A stretch of DNA of 64,000 nt, from contig CM052818.1 of assembly GCA_028534125.1 (NCBI GenBank), positions 21,888,001-21,952,000 on the forward strand, read 5' to 3'. Positions 1 to 12,089 of the stretch are shown one piece after another. Position numbers and translations under genes: made by a program. The stretch's first letter is position 1. Each line of letters opens with the position of its first letter. The stretch comes from Lama glama (lineage: Eukaryota). The notes beneath the pieces were generated by a model. It worked only from the letters and a program-made list of their open reading frames with translations, was not told where the DNA came from and did no database searches.

Positions 1-315
1 TCCAGTTTCATTCTTCTGTGTTTGGTGTCCAGCTTTCCCAACACGGTTTATTGAAGACATTGCCTTTCCCCATTGTATATTCTTGCTGATTTGTCATAAA
101 TAAATTGACCACATATGTGTGGGTTTAATTCTGGGCTCTCTATTCTGTTCCACTGATCTATGTGCCTGTTTTTAATGCCAATGCCATACTGTTTTAATTA
201 CTATAGCTTTGTAATATAGTTTGAAATCAGAGATCATGATGCTTCCAGCTTTGTCCCTCTTTCTAAAGGTTGCTTTGGCTATTCAGTGTCTTGTGGTTCT
301 ATACAAAGTTTAGGA
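1..315 (-). mobile_element. LINE-1 ORF2 (3' part) fragment running off the left edge
   Basis: Typical antisense L1 ORF2 sequence (ctttccccattgtatattcttg...ctctattctgttccactgatctat...ccagctttgtccctctttc); similar to 2780-3075 of the neighbouring L1. Confidence 0.9.
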
Positions 316-329
316 TTTTTTTGTTCTAT

Positions 330-1383
330 GTTTGTCTCCCACAGAGGGCCACTTCTCCAAGGTTGAGAAACATAACTAACCTACTTAAAAATACAAGTAG
401 AAGTCTAGACAATACGAGGCAGCAGAGGAATATCTTCCAGACCAAGGTATAAGATAAAATCCCAGAAGAAATAAGTGATGAAGAGCTAGGCAGTCTATCT
501 GAGAAAGAATTTAGAGTAATGATGGAAAAGATGTTTAGAGAACTCAGAAGGAGTATAGATGCACAGGGGGAAGTTTTTAGCAAAGAGTTAGAAAATATAA
601 AGAACACCCAAACAGAGTTGAAGAATAAAATTACTGAAATGAATAATCCACTAGAAGGAACCAAGAATAGACTAAATGAGGCAGAAGAATGGATTAGTGA
701 GCTAGAAGACAGATAGTGGAAATCACAACCACAGAACAGAAAAAAGAAAAAAGAATGAAAGAAATGAGGATAGTCTAAGAGAAGTCTGGGACAACATGAA
801 GTGTACTAATATTTGCTTTATAGGGTCTCTGAAAGAGAAGAGACAGAGAAATGACTTGAGAAAACATTTGAAGAGATAATAGCTGAAACCTTCCATAACT
901 TGGGAAAGAAAACAGTCACCCAAGTCCAGGAAGTACAGAGAGTTCCACATAGGATTAACCCAAAGTGGAACACACTGAGGCACATAGTAATTAAATTGAC
1001 AACAATTAAGGCTAAGAAGAAAATATTAAAATCAGCAAGAGAAAAGCAACAACTAACATACAAGGGAACTCCCATAAGGTTATCAGCTGATTTTTCAGCA
1101 GAAACTCTACAGGCCAGGAAGGAGTGGCACAATATATTCAAAGTGATGAAAGGGACAAACTTAGAACCAAGAATACTCTATCCAGCAACGCTCTCAATAA
1201 GATTTGATGGAGAAATCAAAATCTTCACAGATTAAAAAAAGCTAAAAGAATTCAGCACCACCAAACCAGCTTTACAATAAATGTTAAAGGAACTTCTCTA
1301 GTCAACAAACCACAAGAAAGGAGAACAAAAAAAGAAGAAAGAGAAAAAGATCTACAAAAACAAATCAAAACAATTAAGAAAAT
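330..1383 (+). mobile_element. LINE-1 ORF1 remnant (degraded)
   Basis: ORF track 519-716 gives the coiled coil (ELKNKITEMNNPLEGTKNRLNEAEEWISELEDR) and 900-1235 gives RHIVIKL...KILKSAREKQQLTYKGTPIRLSADFSAETLQARKEW...YPATL, which are L1 ORF1p motifs. Confidence 0.95.
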
Positions 1384-1439
1384 TTTCATCTCCAGAAATT
1401 GTTTGGCTCTTTGTCATATCTGCTTAATCATGTAAAAAA

Positions 1440-3090
1440 AAATTCTTATTGAGGTACAGTTGATTTACAATGTTGCATTAGTTTCAGGCGAACCGCAAAA
1501 TAATTCATATATATATTCTTTTTCAGATTATTTTCCATTATGGGTTACTACAAAGTATTGAATATATTTCCCTGTGCTATACAGTAATTCCTAGTTATTT
1601 GCCTATTTTATATATAGTAGTGAGTATCTGTTAATACCAAACTACTAATTTATCCCTCCCCGCTTCCCCTTTGGTAACCACAAGACTGTTTTCTATGCCT
1701 GTGAGTCTGTGTTTTGTAAATAAGCTCATTTGTATCATTTTTTGGATTCCACAAATAACTGAGATCATATGATATTTGTCATACTCCTGACTTACTTCAC
1801 TTAGTATGATAATCTCTAGGTCCATCCATATTAGTGCAAATGGCATTATTTCATTCATTTTTATGACTAAATAATTATATATATTATGTATATGTATGTC
1901 TATGTGTATGTGTATATGTATATGTGTCTGTACACCACATCTTCTTTATCCATGCATCTTTTGACGGACATTTATGTTGCTTCCATACCTTGTAAAAACT
2001 ATTGTAAATAGTGTTCCTATGAACATTGGAGTGTATGTATATTTTAGAATTAGAGTCTTCATCTTTTCCAGATACATGCCCAGGAGTGGTATTGCTAGAT
2101 CATATGGTAACTCTATTTTTAGTTTTTAAGGACTCTCCATAGTGCTTTACATAGTGGCTGCACCAATTCACGTTCCCACGAACAGTGAAGGAGGGTTCCC
2201 TTTTCTCCACATCCTCTCCAGCATTTGTTATTTGCAGACTTTTTGATGATGGCCATTCTGACCAGCGTGAGGTGACACTTCATTGTAGTGTCGGTTTGCA
2301 TTTCTCTAATAATTAGTGATGTTGAGCATCTTTTCATGTACCTGTTGGCCACCTGTAAGTCTTCTATAGAGAAATGTCTATTTAGGAATTCTACCCATTT
2401 TTTGATTGGGTTGTTTGTTATTTTGATATTGAATTGCATGAGCTGTTTGTGTATTTTGGAAATTAAGCCCTTGTTGGTCTCATCATTTGTGACTATTTTA
2501 CCCATTCCATAGGTTGTCTTTCCATTTTGTTTATAGTTCCCTTTGCTGTGTAAAAGCTTAGAATTTTGATCAGGTCCTATTTGTTTATTTTTGCTTTTAT
2601 TTCTATTGCCTTGGCAGATTGACCTAAAAGAACATTGGTATGATTTATGTCAGAGAATGTTTTGCCTATATTCTCTTCTAGGAGATTTATGGTGTCATGT
2701 CTTATATTTAAGTCTAAAAGCCATTTTGAGTTTATTTTTGTTATGGTATGGCATGTTCCAACTTCACTGATTCACATGTAGCGGTCCAGCTTTTTCAACA
2801 CCACTTGCTGAAGAGATTATCTTTTCTTCATTGTATATTCTTACTATCTTTGTTGAAGATTAATTGACTATAGGTGTGTGAGTGTATTTCTGGACTCTCT
2901 ATTCTGTTCCACTGATCTATGGATGGTCTGTTTTTGTGTCAATACCACATTGTTTTGATTACTGTAGCTTTGTAGTATTGTCTGAAGTCTGGGAGGCTTA
3001 TGCCTCTAGCTTTGTTCTTTTTCCTCAGGATTGCTTTCACAATTTTGGGGTTTTTTGGGTTCCACACAAATTTTAGGATTATTTGCTTTA
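1440..3090 (-). mobile_element. 5'-truncated LINE-1 (ORF2 C-terminus + 3'UTR)
   Basis: Minus ORFs 2119-2505 ([13 protein letters not shown]...[14 protein letters not shown]) and 1631-1858 (IMPFA..WMDLEIIILSEVSQ); 3'UTR toward 1440. Confidence 0.95.
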
Positions 3091-3130
3091 CTATTTTAAT
3101 AGTCTTTTGTTTCTTGCTTTAAAATTTTTT

Positions 3131-3284
3131 CTTTTCTTTTCTTTTTTTTTTAGTTTTTAATCTTTATTTTGTGGGGAGATAATTAGGTTTATTTACTTTT
3201 TTTTTAATGGAGATCCAGGGGATTGAACCCAGGACCTTGTGCATGCTAGGCATACACTCTATCACTGAGCTATACCCTTCCCCC
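3131..3284 (-). mobile_element. tRNA-derived camelid-type SINE (Vic-1-like)
   Basis: Minus strand GGGGAAGGGTATAGCTCAGTGATAGAGTGTATGCCTAGCATGCACAAGGTCCTGGGTTCAATCCCC (A and B boxes), then an AAACCTAATTA motif and A-rich tail. Confidence 0.9.
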
Positions 3285-4599
3285 TTGCTTGTGTTTTTAA
3301 GCCACTCATTTTTTTAAATGTGTTAAACATGGTGCCTTTATGTTGGGTCTGACAATTGCAGTCTCTGAAGTCTCTGCAGATCTGATTCTTCTGTTTTGTT
3401 TCTGCTAGTTCCAGCTTTGAGTGCCTTATTTCCTTGTGTTGTTAGACTTTTTTTTTTTTTTCTCTGAGCTGAATCATTGGTCTTGGCATTTTATCTGTGG
3501 AATTTCTTTGAGATCCAGGTTGAAATTGCAGTCCTGCCTCTTGCCTGGGGGAATTACCAACCTGAGACCACTTCAAGTTCAATGATCGTTTGAGTTTTTA
3601 AAACCTCACAGGGAGGCCAGCTTGTGTTATAAATGCTCAGGGGAGATTTTCCTATTTTATTGTCTTCAACTAGGGTCAAGATGTAAGTTTTCTTGCTGTC
3701 TACTCCTGAGTGATTGGTTAATTTTCTTTGGGATTCTTGGGGTCCTGGCTTTATGCAGATCTCCAAGTAGACTCCCTACTTGAGTAGGCCCTAACCTTAT
3801 GTCCTGTCCCTTAAATTCTGTGTGGCCATGAAAGTAGAATCTCAAGGTCACCAGAGTTCTTCAGAAACCTTTAAGCCAGCTCTGATGCTCAGTTTACCTC
3901 TTAGAATTTCTGCTATAACTTCATTTTAGGCCTAACTAGGCCTCCTTGTAACATGACAATCAGCAACACATTTTTAATATTTTTTTCAGTAACTTATTGT
4001 AGGTAAAATCCACAAAGGAGAATTTACCAAACCTCTTATAGCCTTTTGGCTGGTCATCAAATCTGTGTCATTTTCCTTTTGGACACACATACTTCTGGAA
4101 ATCCGGAAAAGACCACTTCATGTCTGAAAGAAACCAAAGGACTTTGTGTTATCTGGGGAGTAACTGGATCTATGTGTGAGTTCTCACCGAGCAGTGACAT
4201 TTAACTGAAACCGGTGATGTTGAATAGGATTACTTTCATATTTGCACATCGCTGAGCTCAGCATCTATATAAAACAGATCACACACTCTTTACAGTTAGG
4301 TGACTAGCTAGAGATGCCATTAACATTTCCAAAGAAACATTAGGGAAGTATTGGCAGTGCTTCTCAACTATTGAAGTAATCCTGCAGAGGAGTGAGTTTG
4401 AGGCCCCACTGAAATGTAGCACTCTTTGATAAATATTTAATACAAATAAAAGTTTGCAGCAGTTGAGGCCAAACCAGCCAAAAACAACAGACGCCATCAG
4501 GCTGGGGGTGTTTAGTGGTTGCAACTTCTCTAGCATCCACAGCCCCGCTCAGCTTCCAAGGTAGAGGTTTACCCAAATTCTTATAGCTTCTCTGAGAGA

Positions 4600-5230
4600 G
4601 AACGATTGCCTGCTTTCCAAAGCTGTATCACTTTGCTTCTAGACCATGTTTCCTAGCCTCCTTTACAGATAGGGGTGGCATGAGTTTTGGCTAACAGAAT
4701 GTCAATGTGGGCAGAAACGATAGGCAGCACTTCCAGTCTGGCCCGTTAAATCCTGATGCTGGTGAGTGCTAGCTATTCGCCAGATGTACCTGCCACTGCT
4801 TCTCTCCCTTGGAAGTAGCCTGTATCAGCTCTTTCCTTCTGCTGAAACTCTTTGCTCAACTACTTATGAACACTGCATAAACGCACGCCAGTGATCCGTC
4901 CACCCTACTGGTACCTTATCTTAACGCTTGTTATTTATCTCATTCTCTTTCCTCTTGCTCTCTGTTCAAAATTGATTCAATAAACCATGTACTTCAAAAA
5001 CCAAAACAAAAAATCTACATGATCCTTCTCTTCTCCCACTGGAAGCAAAGAACTACAAGGCTCCAGAAGATGGCAGACCGTGCGATGGAAGAAATCAGAG
5101 AGTCTGAGTTGCTATATGGAAGGCCATTCACCAAACAGCAATTGAAATTTGACTGAGAGAGAAATTAAATTTCTGCTTAATTGGCATTGAGATTTTAGAG
5201 TTTTTCTATTACTACAGCTATTATATTAAC
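4600..5230. mobile_element. MaLR (MLT1-type) LTR interrupted by a ~260 bp poly(A)-tailed insert
   Basis: MLT1-like motifs (tttcctagcctcctt, cacttccagtctggccc, gagattttagagtttttctattactacagc) lie on both sides of 4755-5013. Confidence 0.6.
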
Positions 5231-5849
5231 AAATGCAACCCATGTCACCCTGAAATTTCAGCAAAATTACCTAATGTGATTGTGAAATCTGCCTTTAGCA
5301 AGCCAGGCCACCTACCTGTATCAAACGACTAGGATTTGGATATAGTGTCTGGCACTAAGTTTCATCATGCTACATTGTCCGCAGAGTTATGATAATGACT
5401 AAGCATCACAAACAGGGTAGCCTCATTGCAGCTAGGTAAGGATGATCAGTCCAAGAACATGTGTATCATTTATCTGAGGCCTAGGAGGCACAGAGCTAAG
5501 CAAGTGTGGCCAGGGCCCACCAGCTACACATTCTGATAAAAAGAAAGCTTTTCTACAGGTAATCTGAGTAAATCTGGGAATCCCGTATGGATGGGCCTTT
5601 GTGTGGCATATCATGATCACATTCAAAACTCTTAAGATAATGTTGATCTTTTACCCTAGTGAGGTAGGAATTTTCTACAATGTTTCGCATACTGTAGGGC
5701 TCAGGGTATTTGGTGGAAAATAACAGAGGCCCATTCTGGCTAACTCTAGCAAACTCTCCCCACCTCCAAAAACAAACAAACAAAAAAAACCCTACTAAAT
5801 TATAAAGGACAGTTTATATAGCAAAAAAAGAAAGAAAGAAAGAAAGAAA

Positions 5850-6680
5850 GAACAAATTCTGGTGAACCATACTTAAAAAACTGGCAAGAACTACAGAAGG
5901 TTAGGCCAGATGAGAACTCCAAGATACAACGTAGGCTAATTTCACGCCTTAAAATATCATCCCATGGATTACTTATTAACTAAAATCGGGAATAGATCCC
6001 TACTTTTACAAAGGAGGAGTCTGATATACTTAGTTAAGTGGTCTAAATTAATATTGCTAGTAATGGGACAAATAGGTATGACATGTCTCCTGAGGTGATA
6101 CGCGAGAGGACACAGCAACATCTGCGCAGTATACTTACAGAAATGTTTAACCTGAAACTAATTAGGGGGAAATAATCAGACAATTCGAGATTATGGGACA
6201 ACTTGCTTATAATCTTCAAAATTATTAGCGTCATAAAAGACCAAAGAATGCAAAGGACTTTTCTAAGTAGACTAGAAAAACATGAACCTTGATTAAATCC
6301 TATCTTGAAAAAAAAAATTGTTTTAAAGGGCATTTGGGGAACAACTTTAAAATTTGAATATATGTTAGATAATACACTGTAGCAAAGTAAAATTTCTAGA
6401 GTGAGATAATAATATTGTGGTTATACAGCTGAAAGTCCTTGATCTTAGGAGATGTATACTAAGTGTTTAGGGATATAGTTTTGTGATATCTATAATTTAC
6501 TTTCAAATCGCTTAGCAAAGAATAAATACAGGTAGGTAAATAAACACAGACAGAACAAGCAAATGTTACAAAGGTTAATGATAGGTGAATCTAGGTGAAG
6601 GGTAGATGGTTGCTCATTGCACTATTTTTTTCAACTGCTTATAGTTTGATATGTTTCAAAATTAAAACTTCGGAAAGTTT
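5850..6680 (+). mobile_element. Old L1M (L1MC/ME-type) 3'UTR
   Basis: Characteristic old L1 3' end (aaaatttgaatat...tgtggttatacag...ggtgaatctaggtgaagggtagatggttgctcattgcactatt...tttcaaaattaaaa). Confidence 0.7.
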
Positions 6681-7805
6681 TTAGAAAAATCTGTAATGCT
6701 TCTGAATTGTGCCTAGGAATTTATACCGAAGGTATGGGTAATACATTAGACTGAGATGGGTCTGTGGGTAACTACCATGTTACATGTGTATGTTATTCTC
6801 TGACAAGACCCATGTAGCTTTTTGTAGGTATAATTAAACTTTTTAAATGAGAGAGAGAATATTACGAAAGGTCAGATGGTTTACTAGTGGCAGAGCTGGG
6901 ATATAAACTCATGCTCACATTTTTTTTCCTCTATGGACAGCAAAGAAGCTAGAGGCTTGCTATGCTCTGAAATCAAATAACCTACTTCTCAGTTTTAAAG
7001 AAGGCTGGTCTTGAAAATAATTCCTAAATAATTCTTAAATGCTAAAGATAGTCACAGAATAAAAGGAAAAGAATGCTTTAAAAATGCTGTTCTATGGTGC
7101 CAAGCTTGAGAATATGTTTGGGATTTATAAGAGGATTTGAGGAATTTAATAAAACTATTATTTAAAAACAAGAGAACAAGAGGTTCTTTGATAAGGATTT
7201 AACAAGAGTTTAGAAACAGTTAGGAACAGCTCACTTCCAGGTGGCCTAATTATTATGTTGGATTTGTAGGGGGAGGTTAATTGCTAAAATGGAGCAATAT
7301 TCTGAAAAAATAACATGATTTTATAAACATCACTGTCTTATAATAATATGACCTTTGTATTTCCTCCTAGTCTTTCAAAATTCTGTTCTCAGACGTCTCC
7401 TCTTTGCTCTTTTTCAGCACTTTATCTGCTTCCCTTCTTTTAACCAATAACTCAATGCAAATGCCTCCTAAAATCTGTATCTCTGATCTTAGTCTCTCGC
7501 TAGGCTGTGCAAGTACATTTTTGGGTGCCTCTGGAATTGTGCTAAGGTATCCAGTTAAATCTCAAACTCAAAACAAATTCATCACTCCCCCTTAAAATCC
7601 GGCCCCCCTTATGACTTCTCTGGTCCTGACATCCTCTTCCCTGTTATCTGCTTTAAACCTTGGAATGTTTTTGTTTTTGAATCCTGTTTTCTCTGCTCTG
7701 TAGATTCAGTCATTTTCAAAATCCTGTGTATTCCACTTCCACAGTGCCATTTATGTATGCCCCACCTTTTCTCTTCTTGTTTATCCATTCTAATTATCTC
7801 TAACC

Positions 7806-8018
7806 TAGAGTTTCTCAAGTAGGATACTATTGAGATTCTGGACAGGATAAGTCTTTGTTGTGGGGGTCGTCCTGTGCATTGTAGGATGGTTGGCAGCATC
7901 CCTGGCCTCTACCCACCAGATGCCAGTAGCACCACCTCACTTCTGAAAATCTAATGTGTCTCCAGACATTGCCAAATATCCCCTGAGAGGCAAAATCACC
8001 ACTAATGGAGAACCACTG
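7806..8018. mobile_element. MER20 (hAT-Charlie MITE)
   Basis: ctttgttgtgggg..gtcctgtgcattgtaggatg..ggcagcatccctggcctctacccac.agatgccagtagc...tccagacattgccaaat...gagaaccactg. Confidence 0.9.
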
Positions 8019-8868
8019 CTCTACCTTAAATGACTGCCAGAGCCTTCTATTAGAAACACCTTCCCATCTACTAGGAACAACCCATTCATTCTAAACATTG
8101 CCGCTGGTTTGCTCTTCTTAAGGTTTAGCATTGACCACAAACTTTTAGTGGTTCCTGACTCCCTGCAGAATAATGCACAAATTCTTCAGCTTAGCACTTA
8201 AGCCTCCGACTATAGGGCCTTAACCTAAATCTCAATTATATTTCCAACTGTTACACTCTGTATTGCTTGTTTCAGCTTTGTGACTCTAAAACTTTGCTTG
8301 TGAGATTTATTCATTCATTGTTTATTCAGTCAAAAAAAAACACATTTATTGAGCAGCTACGAAGTATTAGGTACTAAGTTGGGCAGTGAAGATATAAAGC
8401 GAGACACAGCCCCATCCCTCAAGGAGCTTAGCATTGAGCGGTAGAGTAACAGCGGTCTGCACACCAGATGTTGTGTTCTGCCTAGCCAGCCTTCCCTTCT
8501 ACTTCTTCCAGCAACTGAGCCTCTCTTTGTTGGGGGGGACCCTTTCTTCCCATGAGGGTCAGGCAGGGCTGATTCACCACTCACCATTTTAGAGATGGGC
8601 AAACTGAGGCTTAAAAATGTTGATGAGGAAATTAAGACTTGGTGAAAGTTCAGTGTAATTTCCACTTTATTGACACTGCTGGTAAATCAGAGCAGGATTT
8701 GAAGGCAAGCACTTTAACTCCAGAGTCCACATTCTTGACCACTATGCCGCACTGGTTCTCCATTACTTCAAGACAACAGAATTAATGTCATGATTGAAAT
8801 CTACCAAAACATCAGTATCTCAGCTGCCAGAAAGCTCAGCCCATGTATGTGTTGGGGAAAATATAGTC

Positions 8869-9530
8869 AAAACAAAATATTCCCTCAACTCAAAAGCTCT
8901 CCACAAAGGCAGAAAAAAAGGAAAATTTTTTATTTTGATTAAGATTAAACCAAACAACAAGTTTATACTGTATATAGCACAGGGAACTATATTCAGTATC
9001 TTGTAGTTACCTATAATGAAAAAGAAGATGAAAATGAATATATGTATGTATTATGACTGAACTATTTATGCTGTACACCAGAAAGTGACACAACATTGGA
9101 AACTGACTATACTTCAATTAAAAAAATAATTAAACCAGAACGTGGTATGTAATACTGGTAAGGGACTGCAGTTTCCTGCTGAAGGGATTACAAAGACAGA
9201 AAGGACTCTCCCTCTTTTATACAGCTAAGTAGATAGAACACATTTAATACTTAGGTAGATTTTACAATTTGGAGTCAGGTGACAAGTTCAGCTTTTCCCA
9301 GGAAACTGGAAGGCTGGAATTATCTTCCTTGATGATGACTTCAAAGAGATGGCTCCCAGGCCTTTGAGGAAACATTCTTGAGTTGTGAGACTGTCCAGAG
9401 GCTTATTTAGCCATTAAAAAGATTTACATACATTTGAAAAGGACAGAGAAAGAAACTCAGAAAGCAAAGGGAGAGGGCGAAAATCTCTGCTTATTTTCAG
9501 CGAGGAGAAAATTTGTATTTGTTCTTATAC
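8869..9530 (-). mobile_element. MER34-like ERV1 solo LTR with a nested L1 tail
   Basis: Starts with TG; contains caaagagatggctcccagg...gaaacattc and aaagatttacatacat, typical of the MER34 group. Confidence 0.6.
8953..9128 (+). mobile_element. Very short L1 3' tail insertion
   Basis: L1 3'UTR end (gtatatagcacagggaactatattcag...gactatacttcaattaaaaaaa) flanked by the perfect TSD ATTAAACCA at 8944-8952 and 9129-9137. Confidence 0.9.
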
Positions 9531-9973
9531 CTGTTCCAGCACTAAAGATCAGTCAGTATGCTCAGAGACCGACTTTATACACTGTGTTTTCACTCCATTT
9601 ATTTACATTTAATTTTACACTGTTTTGTAAATTTTTTCAAGTCATTTTCTTGGACTGATATACTCTCTTTACATAAACTCATAATTCCTTTGCCAAAAAG
9701 AGGATTCAGTAAATCCTATGAAATGATTGACAGTTTTCAGCTCCACGAACCTGGGAGCTACTGTGCAGATGTTTCAGTTCAATCCATTGACCCCTAGACC
9801 AGGGTCAGACAGAAGCCCACATGCTGGGCCAAAGACAATAGATGAGCCTCTGCCCTCTGGAGGTTATGAAGAATCACGTTCCACGAAATACGTGAATGGA
9901 GGATGTATTCAAGTCTGTCTTAATACTGGCTCCTATGCAAGCTAAATGGATGAACCTTGAAATAATGCTTAGA

Positions 9974-9977
<4 letters not shown>

Positions 9978-10015
<38 letters not shown>

Positions 10016-10030
10016 TGTATTTATTATTTT
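9978..10030. repeat. (ATTT)n microsatellite
   Basis: Tandem ATTT units read directly. Confidence 0.9.
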
Positions 10031-10229
10031 TACGGTCAGCTCTACTCTTAAGAGAAGTAGAAATATTTTTTAATGCTCTCATTGGGATTAATAATTGACA
10101 AAAAGAAAATAGCATTCATTCAGAACAAATGAATGGAAAGCCATTTACATGGGTAACTAAAACACAAGAAAAATAAGTAAAACTGTGAGGCTAGGACAGA
10201 GACTTGAGATACTGGGTAAGATTAATCTT

Positions 10230-10567
10230 TGTTAAAAGATAAACCGAAGCATATTAAACATTTTGAGTTTATTTGAGCAAAAATCGATTCCAATTGGTCA
10301 GTACCAAATCAGAAGTGGTTAGGAGCACTCCACCCACAGGAGCTGGACGTGGGGGCAAGACTTTTATAGAGAAAAGGTAGAAGCAAAGCAAGGAAATTAC
10401 TGACTGGCTATAGCAAAAGCCTAGATGGTAGTTTGTGATTGGTTGGACAAGTTTCCATTTCATAACCTTTAGGCATTTGCAGGCTTAGATTCTGGTTTGC
10501 TTACATACGCTTCCAGGGCATTAGACCCACCTCAGGCTAATGACCTCTGTGTTTCATTAATGTAACA
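10230..10567 (-). mobile_element. Solo ERV LTR, copy 1 (same family as 14003-14328, opposite orientation)
   Basis: TG...CA ends; the reverse complement aligns by eye to 14003-14328 (gatttttgctcaa.taaactc, aatatgcttc.gtttatcttt). Confidence 0.75.
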
Positions 10568-11409
10568 CCTTTCAAGTTAACCTTATACGCTGGCATTAGA
10601 TGGGAGTTTAGTGGTCTGATTTGAACAGTCTTAAGAGCTTCTCAGACTCCTGCATAAAAATACAAATATTACCAGCAGGGATATTACTTTAAGCCTTTAT
10701 GAATGAAGTCTTCCTTAACTTTTTGCAATCAATCAGTACTTTTAGAATAGATGAAAGATCTCCACACTCCTGTGTGGAGATTGTAATAAATCTAGTGATT
10801 TTGGAGGAAATATAGCCACCCAAATGGAAAATAAACTGCTTGCCAGAGACAAACAGCAGCTACCTCTGTTTTGTTAAGAGCCCAGCCTAAAAGAGGAATG
10901 GGCTGAACCAGGCAGTGTTTCCAAGGTGAGCTCTAGGTCAAATTTTTATGAGAATGAAGCTTGATTTCTGCACATCTCAGAACCTCTACATTGATTTTCC
11001 CTCCCTCCCTTCCAAGCCCCTACAAGCTCCCATGCTGTTCCTTCTCCCTGGCCTGCTAGCCTGGCTGACTCTCCAGTACACGGTCTGGCATGACTTGAAT
11101 CTCCCATCTTTCCAACTTCTTACTTTTCTTTTTCCTCACATTGTAAATTACCTATCTATTTACTCAGAGGTCTGATAAATAAGGAGCTAGAGGGAGCCCT
11201 TAGAGGGTCAAGGTCTAGTTTTATTCATCTATGCCTCTCTAGCACCTAATACCTGGAGGCTGTACCAGGATGATTTTCAAGTAGTTGCTGGGTATATTAA
11301 CATGTATTAATGGAAGATACTAGCTTAAAGTGTTTCTCTATTGATAGCCAATAATTTGGAGGGAGATATTTTTGAGGAAGGTAGGCCTTCTCGTCCTGTC
11401 TCCTTTCAG

Positions 11410-12089
11410 GACAAATACCAATTCTATTTGTTAGACCATTCCTGATTTTTCTGGGACTGGAGGTGACTTGGCCACTGCCAGAATGTGCATAAGAAAAAAG
11501 GGAAAGACATTAAAGGCCTCCCTGAGGTTTCCCATATGGCAGAGGGAGGGGAGGTCAGTAGGAAGGCTCCTGGAGTCATGAAACAGGCGTTGCCTTAAAA
11601 ATCCAAGCACAGTCATGTGCTCTCTGTAACCTGATTCCACCATTCACTTTCAATTTAGCCACATTATTGTGAGTTTATTAAAAGAAACTTAAATCTTCGA
11701 ATATGTGCTTACTTATGTACTTAACCAGAAGTTGACCCATGATACTCTCGGTAAAAGGAATTTAAATAGTTCTGTTAAATATGTGCTTACATACACTTTG
11801 ACCCATAATACTCTCAGTGCCGTTATACCTCACAGAATGTCCTAGATCTACTGTGATCTTATTTCTAATAGCTGAATAAGCTAATCCTCGTAAAGCCACA
11901 TGAGTACTTCACTGTGATGTAGTACTAGGAAGAATTAGGATGTTCTCAATAGGCAACTGCAGTAAGCTACCTGCTGAGTCATTGAGCTGATCTATTTTTA
12001 ATCCAATGAGCAAAACGCCTATTTGGTGTGACCTTATCTGAATGATATCTTCTGGAGAGCTTGTAAAAACTACACCACTCCAAAAAAAG
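11410..12089 (+). pseudogene. Decayed ankyrin-repeat exons (11410-11553, 11953-12089), ANKRD11/12/31-type
   Basis: Strong acceptor ctgtctcctttcag|, donor |GTCAGT, and ctcaatag|. Spliced reading with a frameshift: NSIC*TIPDFSGTGGDLATARMCIRKKG / KDIKGLPEVSHMAEGGE|ATAVSYLLSH*ADLFL, then SKTPI in another frame. G, A, G, V, LL and (G>*)AD fall at ankyrin consensus spacing. CI.KKG and IKGL match the first ANK block of ANKRD31 as I recall it. Confidence 0.7.

Larger units (their letters stand above)
4083..10925 (+). pseudogene. Candidate 5' decayed exons of the ANK-RAMA pseudogene: 4083-4175, 4278-4560, 5559-5663, 9701-9891, 10746-10925
   Basis: AG/GT boundaries (GTGAGT 4176, GTAGAG 4561, GTAGGA 5664, GTGAAT 9892, GTGAGC 10926; first acceptor degenerate). 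Phases chain 1-1, 1-2 (needs one frameshift), 1-1, 1-0, 0-0. Translations include VR*LARDAINISKETLGKYWQCFSTIEVILQRSEFE and NR*KISTLLCGDCNKSSDFGGNIATQMENKLLARDKQQLPLFC*EPSLKEEWAEPGSVSK. Confidence 0.5.

Noticed and set aside
10758..10781. Perfect 10-bp hairpin ATCTCCACAC-TCCT-GTGTGGAGAT
   Set aside because: Isolated, too short for a pre-miRNA or MITE, and inside an exon candidate; chance cannot be excluded.
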